Shown here piece by piece: positions 39,567 through 51,957 of a stretch of DNA of 64,000 nucleotides (its first letter is position 1; each line of letters begins with the position of its first letter). This DNA is from Octopus sinensis (lineage: Eukaryota). The notes below the pieces were generated by a model, which saw only the letters and a program-made list of their open reading frames with translations, was not told the origin of the DNA and made no database searches. Position numbers and translations under genes: made by a program. The DNA lies in NCBI RefSeq assembly GCF_006345805.1, contig NC_043005.1, positions 84,444,001 to 84,508,000 on the forward strand, read 5' to 3'.

Positions 39567-40209
39567 ACAAAGATATACTGTCACATAATATTTATGTGTT
39601 TGTGTATATATATATATATATTCTCATACAAACACATGGACACACACATCAACATATATATAAACATTAGAAGCATGGCATGCACAAAAACACACATACA
39701 CACATGCATATGTATGTATGCACACACACTCACATACATACGCATATATATATATCATTCACTGCCAAAAATGAAATAATGAAATAGATAAAGACTGTGA
39801 AAAAGAGGGAGTGCAACCACAAAACAAGACTACTACTACTACTACTACTACTGATGATCGTAATGATAATAGTACTACTAATAATAATGATAATCGTCAT
39901 AATGGTTATAATCATCATCATCATCCAAGCTGTAATGTAGGCAAATAGAATTATATGATTTAGTAATATATTCTAGATAAATTTATTGTATGTATTCTTT
40001 GAAATAACAAAGAAAGTGAGGGTGAGGGAGTACTATCACACACACAACTGTAATTGAATCAACTTTATATCACACACACACACACACACACACATTTGTA
40101 TAAATATGCACACACATATTTGTATGCATGATCATAGTCAATTGTCTGTGTATAATTATTCACGCATACACACAACTTATACATTAATAATTGTATTTGT
40201 ATAACCTAT

Positions 40210-40244
<35 letters not shown>

Positions 40245-40340
40245 AAATTCATACAAAATTGCTATACACACATATATATACACACATACATACATCCATA
40301 CATACACACACATATATATGTGTATATATGTGTGTGTATG

Positions 40341-40375
<35 letters not shown>

Positions 40376-40442
40376 ATGTATATATATATATAGGTGTGTG
40401 TGTGTATATATATATGTGTATATATATATATATATATAGACA

Positions 40443-40488
<46 letters not shown>

Positions 40489-41172
40489 TACATACATACA
40501 TACACACATTTTCTGTATCTGTATATAAATAAACTAGGGAACAATTCCTTCATTTCTCTTGACTAACCTTATTATTATCGTCATCATCATCATCATCATC
40601 ATTATTATTATATATGAAATTTATACAAATATGGCAATACACATACATTTTATGTGTTTATATTTGTGTGTGTGTGTATGTGTGTGTGCGTGTGCATAAG
40701 GGAAGTATGAATTGTTCATATGTTGCTGTTTTCCTTTAATAAAATAACTTCCTTCTTATAAAACATCCTTTCTTTAGATGGTTGCAAAATAATTGAAGTA
40801 TCATTGAGAGAAATTTTTATCAATTTTCTGAACATAATATGGTTGTCATTGATTCACTCTGGTCTGTTCAGACACACAGAGAGCCGGCTTTAAAGAGGTA
40901 ACTTTGACTGTAGCAATGTCTTCAGTTTCGGTTTGATTTCATAGCAGTAATGCCTTAGAAGTCTTGGGTCGATATGTTAACATTTGCCATCATCATAACT
41001 TCAGTCCTGAATCAATGCCAACCTCATTTGTCATTCGATCCACTGAAAGTCCAAGGGGAACTGAAGAGAGGCAATATGTGCAAACCTGACCATTTGGAAG
41101 CACACTGTAAGTTACAACTTTTAATCAATCACCAATGGAGAGGAGAGGTGGATAAGAGAGAAGAGAGAAAGT

Positions 41173-41484
41173 AGGTGTCAGCTGAAGAGGGGAGTTGAGC
41201 CTATGTGGTGCAAAGGAGTGAAGAGAGAAGATTCATTCTTGTTCACGGTGAAGGTGGGAATCCGGATGACCCCTGTGCAAAGACAATCTGAACACAGACA
41301 GGTGTTGTAATGAATGACTGGTAGAGTGGAAATGGTGCAAGACTGGGGTGTCATTACCGAGTCTAATATCTCGAAGGTGCTCCATAAACCGGTCGGCCAA
41401 GTGACGTCCTGTTTGACCGATGTACAGAGAAGGGAAAAAAGAGCAGGAGATGCAGTAAATGACATTGCTAGAAGTGCAGGTAAA
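41173..41484 (-). pseudogene. GIY-YIG endonuclease domain of a 5'-truncated Penelope-like element
   Basis: FTCTSSNVIYCISCSFFPSLYIGQTGRHLADRFMEHLRDIRLGNDTPVLHHFHSTSHSLQHLSVFRLSLHRGHPDSHLHREQE*IFSLHSFAPHRLNS; VIY..YIG, R..EH, H and N motifs present; one in-frame stop; this frame is absent from the ORF track. Confidence 0.9.
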
Positions 41485-41640
41485 TATATATATATATGTA
41501 TGTATATATGAGTATATATATTAGTTAATAAATTGTATGGTATACACCTGGTAGTTTGCTGGTAAAGCATTTCACTGGTTCAATGTTCATTGGGTATTTT
41601 TATTAATGAGAGAGATGGAAGATATGAGAATGTGTATTGT

Positions 41641-41744
41641 TCACTACAACTGTTTCGACCCATCTAGCATCGATTCCTCATGGGGCGGATATTACACAAC
41701 TGGTTTAGGTGCATCCGTTGGTGTAGATGTGTCTTCTCAGGTGA
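41641..41744 (-). ncRNA. Type-I hammerhead motif with a large stem-II insert, family 2 (core CTGAGAA, G8 lost)
   Basis: TCAC CTGAGAA GAC-A-CATCTA [~57 nt] TAGATG-G-GTC GAA ACAGTTGT A GTGA. Confidence 0.6.
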
Positions 41745-42748
41745 CAAAACATATCTTGTTAAATTAATGTCTGGTTCACAAGATTTCTTCATTGTATGTG
41801 TATACAGCAAATTAAAGGATACAGCTTCATTATTATAAAAGATTGACAACAAATATGAGAGGCAAAAAGGAAACAAATATACAATACAGCAAAAAACAAA
41901 AATACACACACAGATACACACACAGAACAGATAAGAGATGTTTACTCCATACATTTACAGCTGTTTCATAGTCTTGTTAGTTATATAATAGATGATACAT
42001 CAATATAAACACATATAAAATATACATATACATGAATATAGATTCATGAGCATACTCAAATATAGAAAGGTACCAATACGGGGACCAACAGAATAATCAC
42101 CAGAATGATTCAGGCTTTCATGATCTTTTGCAATATATATATCTAAACCACACACACACATACACACATCCACACACACACATATATGTATGAGAGAGAG
42201 AGAGGGAGGGATAGAGAGTAAAAAAAAGGAAGAACTAACAGACAGCCAATGTCTTATTATGCGGTAAAAGAAAGTAAAAACTGGACAATTCCAGTATTGG
42301 TAATTAAACCATCTATAAATAATTCTATTTAATTACCCTGAGGTAGGATGTGGTGTAGATATAACTGCAAACAAAATGGTACAGCTCTCATCACCACCAC
42401 CACCACCACCACCACTCTCACCATCTTCATCCTCAGTATTATTGCTGTTGTTATCAGGTGGTGGTGGTGGTAGTGGTGGTGGTGGTGGAGACCGTGTATC
42501 AATGTTGTCTCTGTTAGTGCCATTCTTGTCATTAGAATGAAGTTCGAATTCCCCACCCCTGCCACCACCAACACTGTTAACATCACAAACATCATCATCA
42601 TTATCATCATTGCAAAAACTGGTGCTCTTATTGATTGCACTTATACGTGTACATATATTAGAGTTTTATGAGTGTTGTATATAAATGTGTGAATATATAC
42701 ATGCAAGTAAATATATATATATATACATATATGGGTGTATGTAGATGA

Positions 42749-42781
<33 letters not shown>

Positions 42782-43486
42782 CATACACACATATATGTAT
42801 AAATATAGAGACAGAGAGTGAGAGAGAGAGGGGGAGATACTTATAGATATAATACCTATGTGCAGATATATGTGTATGTTATGTATATGTATGTGCATGT
42901 GTGTGTGTATGTATATGTGTACACATACATGCACACATATATACATAGAGAGAGAAAGAGTGTGCCAGTAACTCTTTGGAATAGAGCAATGTACTCACAC
43001 AAATCTACATACAAATGTATGCTTGTGTATTTGTGTGTGTGTGTGTGAGTATGTGTGTGTGTGTGTGTGTATGTATATATACACAAATAGATTTGCAAGT
43101 GTGTATGCTTGGCTGCCCTATGATGTGCGCATATGTGTGTGCAAGTGCATGTAAGTACTTGCACACACACATGCAAACACAACCACAGGCATACATTCCC
43201 CCATATCCACCCACACCCCTGGACCTATTCCAGACCTGAGTCAGCAAACAAAAACAACAAACCACACACAATCAGACATTAGCATTAATGGTGAAGATTG
43301 TATTAAATCTCTAATTGGTTGTTCATTAAGAAAAGAACACAACCTATTTGAGATTTATGTACATACAGCATGTCAATGACACAATGTCATTGACAAGATG
43401 TCATATGACGGTGTTGTCATGTGACATACATATATACAAGCTGCAAGGGTGGCTGTGTGGTAAGTAGCTTGCTTACCTCACTACAG

Positions 43487-44405
43487 AAGAATTCGCGTTT
43501 TTATACGCTGATTGGAAATCACGTTGTTCGATGTGAAATATTGAAAAATTGAAGCATGGCTACAGGTAAGGCATTTGTTATTTTTGATGGCTTAGTGGAG
43601 TCCATTTGTTCGTAATTAATAATTTTCGATGAGCAAGGGTCTCCACTGAGTTCCAGACATTTGCCTGCCTGTGGTTCTGCATAAAGACTCACTTTGCAGA
43701 GGGAATTGTGTTTTTGGGAGGCATATTCCCTCCGCAAAAAATTTTGTTTGTGAAAATTGTCTTTTTCTTGACTGTGTTCATGCCCGGGAGCTACCATTGG
43801 ATTTAGCAGTCAGGCAAGGAGTGCAAAGACGGCAAAGAATTTAATTTTTGTGCTGCGACGGAAAACTGTGAATTGTGGATTACCCGAGAAGAAGAATTTT
43901 GGTGCCAGTTGAACTGTCTTCCTTCATTCATTTCTTTCTCTCGTCTGTCTTTCTGTTCTTTCTTTGTGTTTTATTATTGACTTTTATTTGAGCATTTTTG
44001 GACCTTTTTTGTTTTTGGAACATTTTATTTTTATTTTATTTTTGGAAAAAAATGGCAACAAAGAATACTGCTTTGGAGTGGCGAATTGTCGCCCCCCCCC
44101 CCAAAGACTGGCTCAAAAATTATACTGAGAGAACGGTGCTGTTAAGGACCTACTCTAGAGTCCTTGAAACCGTTGCTGAGTTCTCTGAGTCTGAGATTAA
44201 GGCAAGTTGGCAGAGTACCTGCCAACTTTTAGATTTATTCATAGGGGAGCAAAGTATGGAACTGTGTGTGTACCTTTTGACACCCCTACGGTGGCACAAA
44301 AGTTTGCGTGCCATACGGTGGGCGAAAATTAACGAGAGCTTGGGTGTGTGGGCTGCCACCCAGAATTGAGCCCGAGTGGATAGAAGAGACTATCCGCTGT
44401 GGTCT
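43487..44405 (+). mobile_element. Probable 5' end of a LINE (5' UTR plus frameshifted ORF1, Tx1/L1-like)
   Basis: CpG-containing leader, T-rich stretch, ATG at 44052; across two frameshifts reads MATKNTALEW...VLLRTYSRVLETV / GTVCVPFDTPTVAQKF / RAWVCGLPPRIEPEWIEETIR (RRM-like ORF1 pattern); family assignment is inference. Confidence 0.5.
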
Positions 44406-44724
44406 GGGTGGCAGTAACAAGTGACTGAAACAAATAAAAGAATAACAGAATATATGTCTTCCATTTTGTTTATTTTTCACTTGCTTCAATCATTGGATTG
44501 CAGCCATGCTGGAGTACCATCTTGAAGGGTTTTAGTTGAAAAAATTCACCCAAGTTCTTGATTTTTTTTTTAAAGTTAGTATGTATTTTCTCATTTGCTT
44601 TCACTGTGCCACGAAATTGTGAGGATGCAAACAGACTAACACCAGTTGTCAAGTAGTATGGGGACAAGCACAAAGATGCACACACATATATATACTTTTA
44701 TATATATACATATATATATATATA

Positions 44725-45772
44725 GACGGGGGTTTTGTCCTTGTGTAACCTGTCCTGTATTTGGTTTTCGTTTTCCGTTTTCTTGTTTTTTGTTTTTTGG
44801 CTTTTTCTGTTTCTACGTCTTATTGTGATGTCCTGTACTTCCGTATAATTATTATATATGCATGTATATATACATGTAGATGTAGGTACGTACATATATG
44901 TTTGTATGTATGCATATATTTTTATTTATCTCCTTATTGTCTGACAGCGCCCCGCATCAGTTTCGTTCCGATTCGTCGTTTCGATCCACTTCTTGGTCCC
45001 CTTTTTTTATATTAATATTATTATATTGAAGATGCGGTACTCTCTCCCTTTGCTTTAACCTCTTCAATCTTTCTCCCTCCCCCTCCTCCTCTCTCTTCGC
45101 CGCGTGTCCCCCTCCTCCTTCCCTCTTCCTTGCCTATAAAACAAAATTCCTTTACACGTGGTTACCACTATTGAAAAGACTGCCTCCACGCGCTGCTACT
45201 ACACTTTCGTCCTTGCCAGCAAAAAGGCTTCTTCGTTCGTCCCTTGTGTGGTTAATTTCCTGTATAGTATTCTTGTTATTTTCTCGTTTTGTAACTAATT
45301 GTACTTTTTGTACATGTATTTTTATTTTTGCAGTTTTATTGTTTGTCTATGCCAGAAAAAAGGCTTTTTCGTTCGTCCTCTTGTGTTTGTTTTTGTACTT
45401 GTATTTTAATTTTGCAGTCTTATTGTTACGTCTTGTTTGTGTTCGTACTCATTGTGCCCCGCTGCTTGAAATTTTATTTTAATTCTCTCGCAGGAAGGCC
45501 TATTGGATTAGTGTTCTGTTATGCCTTCGAAACATGCCTGACTCCTCTAGCGACAGCTGATGACGGGGGTTTTGTCCTTGTGTAACCTGTCCTGTATTTG
45601 GTTTTCGTTTTCCGTTTTCTTGTTTTTTGTTTTTTGGCTTTTTCTGTTTCTACGTCTTATTGTGATGTCCTGTACTTCCGTATAATTATTTATATATGCA
45701 TGTATATATACATGTAGATGTAGGTACGTACATATATGTTTGTATGTATGCATATATTTTTATTTATCTCCT
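44725..45772. mobile_element. Non-autonomous element with ~210-bp near-identical terminal direct repeats (TRIM-like)
   Basis: 44725-44934 and 45562-45772 differ by one indel; ~600-bp CpG-rich non-coding interior; both outer ends abut (TA)n. Confidence 0.8.
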
Positions 45773-46584
45773 ATATATATATATATATATATGTATATAC
45801 ACCAAATTCACTCACAAGGCATTGGTCAGCCTGTGGCTATAGTAAAGGACTGAGGTATCACACATGAATACCTTGGGCAAGTATCTTCAAGCTGTTTCAT
45901 AAACTTGTGAGTTATATAAAAGATATCACAAGTATATAAAATATACATATAAATATATGTGTGCATACACCCATATGTACAAGTCTGCAGAGAAGTCAAC
46001 TAATTGACAAAGCTTCAGAATGATTCATGGTAGTCCATATATATTTTAGACAATCGGATTCCCCTGGTCCATACCAGTTGTGAGGAGGAGCCTGGCTGTG
46101 TGTACCAGCACAATGGCAAGCCTGAAGCTGTGTTGATCCATGGTACCCCATATGATACCATGCACTGCCAGACGATGACCAGACATGCCTGGAGGCACTG
46201 AGTACCGACGTGAGAGAGGGCTGTGTGTGGGTCCAGTGGCATCTGCCGTAAATGCTTTCCACTGTGCTGGGAAGGCATGGAGTAAGTGATGTGACGGAGC
46301 GCAGCACAGACTGTGCATGGAAGCTGGCACCTGTTGGCCAAAGGCACAACCACACACCAGCGTGAAACATGTTGCCCACTGCGGTGGTGGTGATGGTCGG
46401 AAAGGCGCCCAGGATGCTGAGTCCGATGCCAACACTACAGCCCCGAACTGTTTCATGTGGTTTGCTACCAAAAGGGTTAAATTCCACCCTACCACCATTG
46501 GACGATTTAGTCAGAAATTTATTGAGATTAGATAAGAGAAAAAATGACTGGATGGTCATGGTTGAGACGCTTTTGAATATAATT

Positions 46585-46830
46585 CTGCTCAACTCTTTTG
46601 TTACTATATTTTTCTTGAAATATTGTCTTTGTTTCAATTTATTTTGAAAATGTTGAAGAATTTAGTAAAATAACTTTGTTATTATTAATTAAGCTGGTGT
46701 TTGGAACATTAATTAACATGAAATTTTGGTAAAAGTTTCTAATTTAGTTCACTTTGAAACAGGAAGTTTGTGGCATAAAATCAGGGATGGTCTCAGTTGA
46801 GTTGGTATAAAAAGAAAAAAAAAAAGCTAA
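46585..46830. mobile_element. TTAA-type MITE (common family)
   Basis: Starts AACTCTTTTGTTACTATATTT; same end as at ~28233 and reversed at ~61790-61976 (…TAGTAACGAAAGGGTTAA). Confidence 0.6.
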
Positions 46831-47647
46831 TGCTAGTTGGTACCTTTCTGTTCTCCATTCCGAATGTGTGGTCTCGACATTTGAGCTGCCAGTGTACAAT
46901 TTCAAAGATCACATCATTTAAAACTTTGCAGGCCATTTAGTCCTTACTTGACTCTGCAATCTTGACTCTCAGTACATGCATATGTAAACATGCAGTAGCA
47001 TCTTAGTATTTTGAAGTATTTCAAAATGCAATTATCAAAATAAATATTAAAAAACAAACAAAAACACAACCTAACACAAAAATGTCTTTGGTGGCTTATG
47101 TATACACTACCAATTAGAGAATCATATCCTGCAAACCTCAGCAAGAAATCAAAGAAAATTCCGACAGAAAACAAAATATTTACTGACATTTTTCAATGTT
47201 TGTATAGACGAGAATATTTGATAAACTGCTGTTTGTTTTTAGTATTAACTAAGATGTAAATTAAGTTAATGGATGAATTTTATTTTGTTGTACAAAACAC
47301 GAGATTAAAAATATTAACAACAATAAACTAGCATTATACATACATACATGTGTATATACATACATATATATAATATATATAATATATATATATATATAAG
47401 TGAATTTAAGTTTCAAGCGTATTATATATCACGGTCTTGCAAAGGAAGTGGAACTGGAGCAATACACCAGCCTAAAGTTCTGAGTTATGTGATGCATTCT
47501 GCATCAAACTTCCTGTGTTTCAAACCAACAAGGAAGCCTTGACAGATTTTGTGTTTTTCAACCAATATTTTTTGTCCCGTACTCTACTTTGATCTTCCAG
47601 AAAAGAAACATGCACTCCCACCATGAAAGTATAGAGTTAGTACATAT

Positions 47648-47679
<32 letters not shown>

Positions 47680-47680
<1 letters not shown>

Positions 47681-47872
47681 CTTTATTGCCCACAGAGGCT
47701 AAACACAAGAGGGCAAAAACAAGGACAGACAAAGGGATTAAGTCGATTACATCGATCCCAGTGCATAACTGGTACATATTTCATCGACCCCGAATAGACG
47801 AAAAGCAAAGTCGACTTTGGCAGAATTTGAACTCAGAACATAACGGCAGATGAAATACCACTAAGGCATTTA
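47680..47872 (-). mobile_element. SINE-A truncated by the Tc1 insertion
   Basis: TTTCTTTATTGCCCACAGAGGCTAAAC tail through GAATTTGAACTCAG; stops at the Tc1 TA site. Confidence 0.8.
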
Positions 47873-47874
47873 TA

Positions 47875-49143
47875 CAGGAGTTGGACAAAATAATGGAAGC
47901 ACCTTAAAATTTCAAACAAATTTATTTAAATATGGGGTAGGACCACCTTTGGCAATAATTACAGTATGAATTCTATGACGTATGGACTCCTACAAAATTT
48001 GAATTGTTTCCAAAGGAATTTTAGTCCATTCTTCAGCTAAAGCAGTCTCCAGTTCTTGTAGTGATGATGGTGGAGGATATCGACTCCTTACTTGTTTTTC
48101 TAAAATGCACCATAAATGTTCAATATTATTGAAATCTGGGGACTATGGCAGCCAGTAAGATGTTCAACTTCACTAGAATGTTCCTCGTGTCATTCAGTAA
48201 CAACTTTAGCCCTGTAAATTGGTGTTTTATCATCCTGAAAGATGGCTTTTCCCTCTGGAAACAGTTCCACAATCATAGGATAAATTTGATCAGATAAAAT
48301 GCTTAAATAGTCTTGACTTGACTGTTAGTTCTGCCATGAAGGGAAACCATTGGACTGGCAGATTTCCAAGATATAGCCCCCGCCCTCGATCAGATCATCA
48401 CAGATCCTCCTCCATGTTTAACAGTTGGAAGAAGGCAGTCTGGGTCAAATGCTTCTTTTGGCTGTCTCCACATGTATACTCAGTCAGTGATCGGAAATAA
48501 GGTAAAGGATGACTTGTCCAAGAAAATAACATTTTTCCACTGCTCTAGGGACCAATTCTGTAGGTTTTTATTCCAGTCTAAATGTTTTGCAATGTTTGTT
48601 TTTGAAAGTAGTGATTTTCTGATTCCCCCCCCCCCCGTGAAATCCAGCTTTGTGCAGCTCCTGGTGAACAGTTTTTGAGAAAATTGGGTTCTCGGGGTAG
48701 TCATTAAGCTCTGCAGTAATTTTGGGAACTGTACTTTTGTGATCCTTTCTAACAATTCACGTAAGTGTCCGACAGTCCCTATCTGAAAGTTTTGGCTTTC
48801 TTCCACTGTTTTGTTTCAACGAAGAGGTTTTTTTCCCTCTTTCTCAATGGCTGTCATTACTTTTGAGACTGTACATTTCGGCTGTTTTTGTTATGCTAGC
48901 ACCTGCTATATGAGCACCAACAATTTGCCATCTTGGAAAGTCCAATAAATCTATCATTTTAATTAATTTTAATTACCTTTTTCTGATGATATCTTAAAAG
49001 AAACAGCAATTTTAGCAAAACATATTAAGCAACACTGATAATACATCAATGAACCTAAAAATAAACAAGCTTTTGATGGTTTTATAGATATTTCAAAATT
49101 ATGATGCTATGATGCTAGGTGTTTCCATTATTTTGTCCAATCC

Positions 49144-49146
<3 letters not shown>
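47875..49146 (-). mobile_element. Full-length degenerate Tc1 (DD34E-type) transposon
   Basis: ~30-bp TIRs CAGG(A/G)(G/A)TTGGACAAAATAATGGAA(G/A)CACCT with TA on both sides; relics WKNVIFLDKSSF, IFQDDKTPIYRAK, SPDFNNIEHLW, IAKGGPTPY; several stops. Confidence 0.92.
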
Positions 49147-49189
<43 letters not shown>

Positions 49190-49307
49190 CAGAAGTAAAT
49201 TGACATGCCATAAAACATTGTTTTATGTTTATTATAACTTTTAATGGTTTATATCTTCTTTTAATTGACATTATCATGTTTTAGGTTCTATATGTGATTG
49301 TTTAATT

Positions 49308-49495
49308 ATGCCACGTACAAAAGAAGCCTTGGAACTGTCTGAATTTCAAAGAGGCTGTATTGTAGATCATTCAGCAAGTGGACACAGTCAGTGTAAAATT
49401 GCAGAAAACCTTGGGATCCCACTTTCTACAGTTAATAAAGTGATTGTGGAATTCCTCAGAGAGGGGAAGGACTCCACACAACCCCCACCTAGGTC
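49308..49495 (+). pseudogene. Tc1-type transposase N-terminal HTH fragment
   Basis: [46 protein letters not shown] matches the Tc1/Tc3 paired-like HTH. Confidence 0.75.
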
Positions 49496-49510
49496 TGAGG
49501 AATATATATA

Positions 49511-49724
49511 GGAAGTGCTGGAAAGTTTCTGGTTTTAAGGGTATCACGAAAGGCTTGGTTGGAGGCCCAGCCTTCCAAGTTCTTTTACAGGACTTAGAAA
49601 AACTGAAGGCCCACTGCAATAAGTGTGTGAATCTGAGAGGGGAATATGTTGAATAAAATCATAATTGACTGATACTTCTGTATTTTCTTTTACCCAAAAC
49701 CAGAAACTTTTCCACAGCTCTTCA
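49511..49724. mobile_element. Internally deleted mariner (MITE)
   Basis: Imperfect TIRs GGAAGTGCTGGAAAGTTTCTGGTTTT / AAAACCAGAAACTTTTCCACAGCTCTTC; retains the mariner C-terminus KCVNLRGEYVE*. Confidence 0.7.
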
Positions 49725-50062
49725 TACACATACGAATATGCATTTTATATCTATCCATTAGTTTATCAATCTATCTATCTATCCATCCATCCATCCATCC
49801 ACCCACCCAAATACCAACCCAAACACCCATGATTGACCTTGGGTAGTATGGGGGTGGGGGAGATAGCTAAACAACAATAGCAACAGCAGCAGCAACTTCC
49901 TGTAGTTCTTGAATGTTTTAAGACCATCTTCCGACTTGGTTCAACTCTTGGTGCCATGATACCAGGAAGATGTAATTCATAGAATTTATACAAATTGGAG
50001 CAGATTTCCTTTCTGAGTTTCATCTCACACCAACATTAAGTATGTTTCACACACACACGCAG

Positions 50063-50108
<46 letters not shown>

Positions 50109-50692
50109 GCTTCCCAGACACGTGCTTTTGAGTGCTGTTCCACTAAGCAATACCTAAAGAGTCTTCTACAAGAGTTCAAGGTTGACCAAAGACTTGTGAA
50201 TAGATTTGGAAGATGGAAACTGAGAGAAGCCTCTCATAACTGTGTGTTTCTGGCATTCCTTTACTCATTGCCTCCCACCAAGCCTAGTATGTGCCCTCAT
50301 CCTGCACCTCTCACATTAATTCTCTCTGTATCATTCTTTTACTTCCTCTCCTCCTCCTCTATATGAAGTCAAGCAAGGCTTACATACACACACATTCATG
50401 TGCACACAGACACAGTTATGAGCATACATATATGTTTACACATAACACAAGGAGACCACACACATACATGCATATAACTGCACATGAAATAAAGACTCTC
50501 CTCACACACACACACACATACATTCATGCCCACACAAAGATGCTTACAATCGCATGCATACATACACACACACGCACACATTTATATATACACACATACA
50601 TATACACACACATGATCAAGCAGATTACACTCACACACTTATACACACTTACATACAAATGCACACATTTTCACACACATATACATACATAT

Positions 50693-50723
<31 letters not shown>

Positions 50724-50989
50724 ATCATTTACATTCACATATATTCAGACATACAGTCACACACACACACACATTCACACACATTCACATATATTCATAC
50801 GTACAGTCACACATACATATATGCACGCACACATGCATACACACACACACTTTCAGATTGCCACAAGTGGAATACATCTTCTGAGAGAGAAATGGCTTTG
50901 ATTCTGTTACTCAGGAGACTCTGCAGAAACGGGACGGTAAGTGGCAGAGGAGTATTTTCTGAAACTGAAACTAATAACATCCAACTCTA

Positions 50990-51420
50990 CGATTATCATT
51001 ATCACCATTGGCATCATCATCATCATCATCATAACCATCATAACCATCATAACCATCATCATCATAACCATCATCACCATCATCATCACCATCATCATCA
51101 TAACCATCATCACCATCATCATCATTATCATCACCATCATCATCACCATCATCATCATCACCGTCATCATCATAACCATCATCATCATAACCATCATCAT
51201 CATAACCATCATCATCCTAACCATCATCACCATAACCATCATCATCATTGTCATCACCATCATCACCACTGCTATCATCATTAACATCATCACAACTATC
51301 CCCACCCCCGCCATTACCATCATCATTACTGCTATTGATACTGCCCTCACCACTACCTTCACCAACACCACCACCATCACCGTCACTACTGTCATCATCA
51401 TCACTCCATCATCATCATCA
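50990..51420. repeat. (CAT/CAC/AAC)n trinucleotide tract
   Basis: Direct reading; source of the poly-His/Met/Ile ORFs. Confidence 0.95.
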
Positions 51421-51424
51421 GCTC

Positions 51425-51782
51425 TATGATAATGGTTTCAAATTTTGGCACAAGGCCAGCAGTTTTATGGGAGGGGGTTAGGTCAATTACATTGAAACCC
51501 CTCCCCCACTGTTCAAATGATACCTATTTTATAAACCTTGAAAGGGAGAAAGGGATGAAGGCACAAGATGTGAAATTCTGGAGGAGGTGGCGGTGGGGCA
51601 GGGTGGGAGGCTAGTTGGTTACATTGACCCCTTTTGCTCAACTTGTACTTATTTCATCAAACCTGAAAAAAATGAAAGGCAAAGTCGACCTCGACAGAAT
51701 TTGAACTTAGGACGTAAAGACACAATATACCACTACACATTTAGTCTGGTGTGCTAACAATTCAGCCAGCTCTCTACCTTAA
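51425..51782 (-). mobile_element. SINE-A (two partial segments)
   Basis: AATGGTTTCAAATTTTGGCACAAGGCC tail; AAAGTCGACCTCGACAGAATTTGAAC core. Confidence 0.7.
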
Positions 51783-51900
51783 TAATAATGATGATGATAA
51801 TAATAATAAGCAACAGCTTGGCAACATCCTACATTCATACAGGTCCAAATGGAAGTGTTAAATTGAGTGTGTCTGTGTGTGCATGTGCACGTACACACAT

Positions 51901-51957
<57 letters not shown>

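Noticed and set aside
41314-41511. Plus-strand ORF with an RREKR dibasic site and an AG|GTAAAT donor (neuropeptide-like)
   Set aside because: It is the antisense of the Penelope GIY-YIG frame, which explains the sequence fully
41178-41570. Minus-strand ORF with a TGLW motif (claudin-like)
   Set aside because: Alternative frame of the GIY-YIG relic
50892-51429. Poly-His, poly-Met and poly-Ile ORFs
   Set aside because: (CAT)n-type microsatellite
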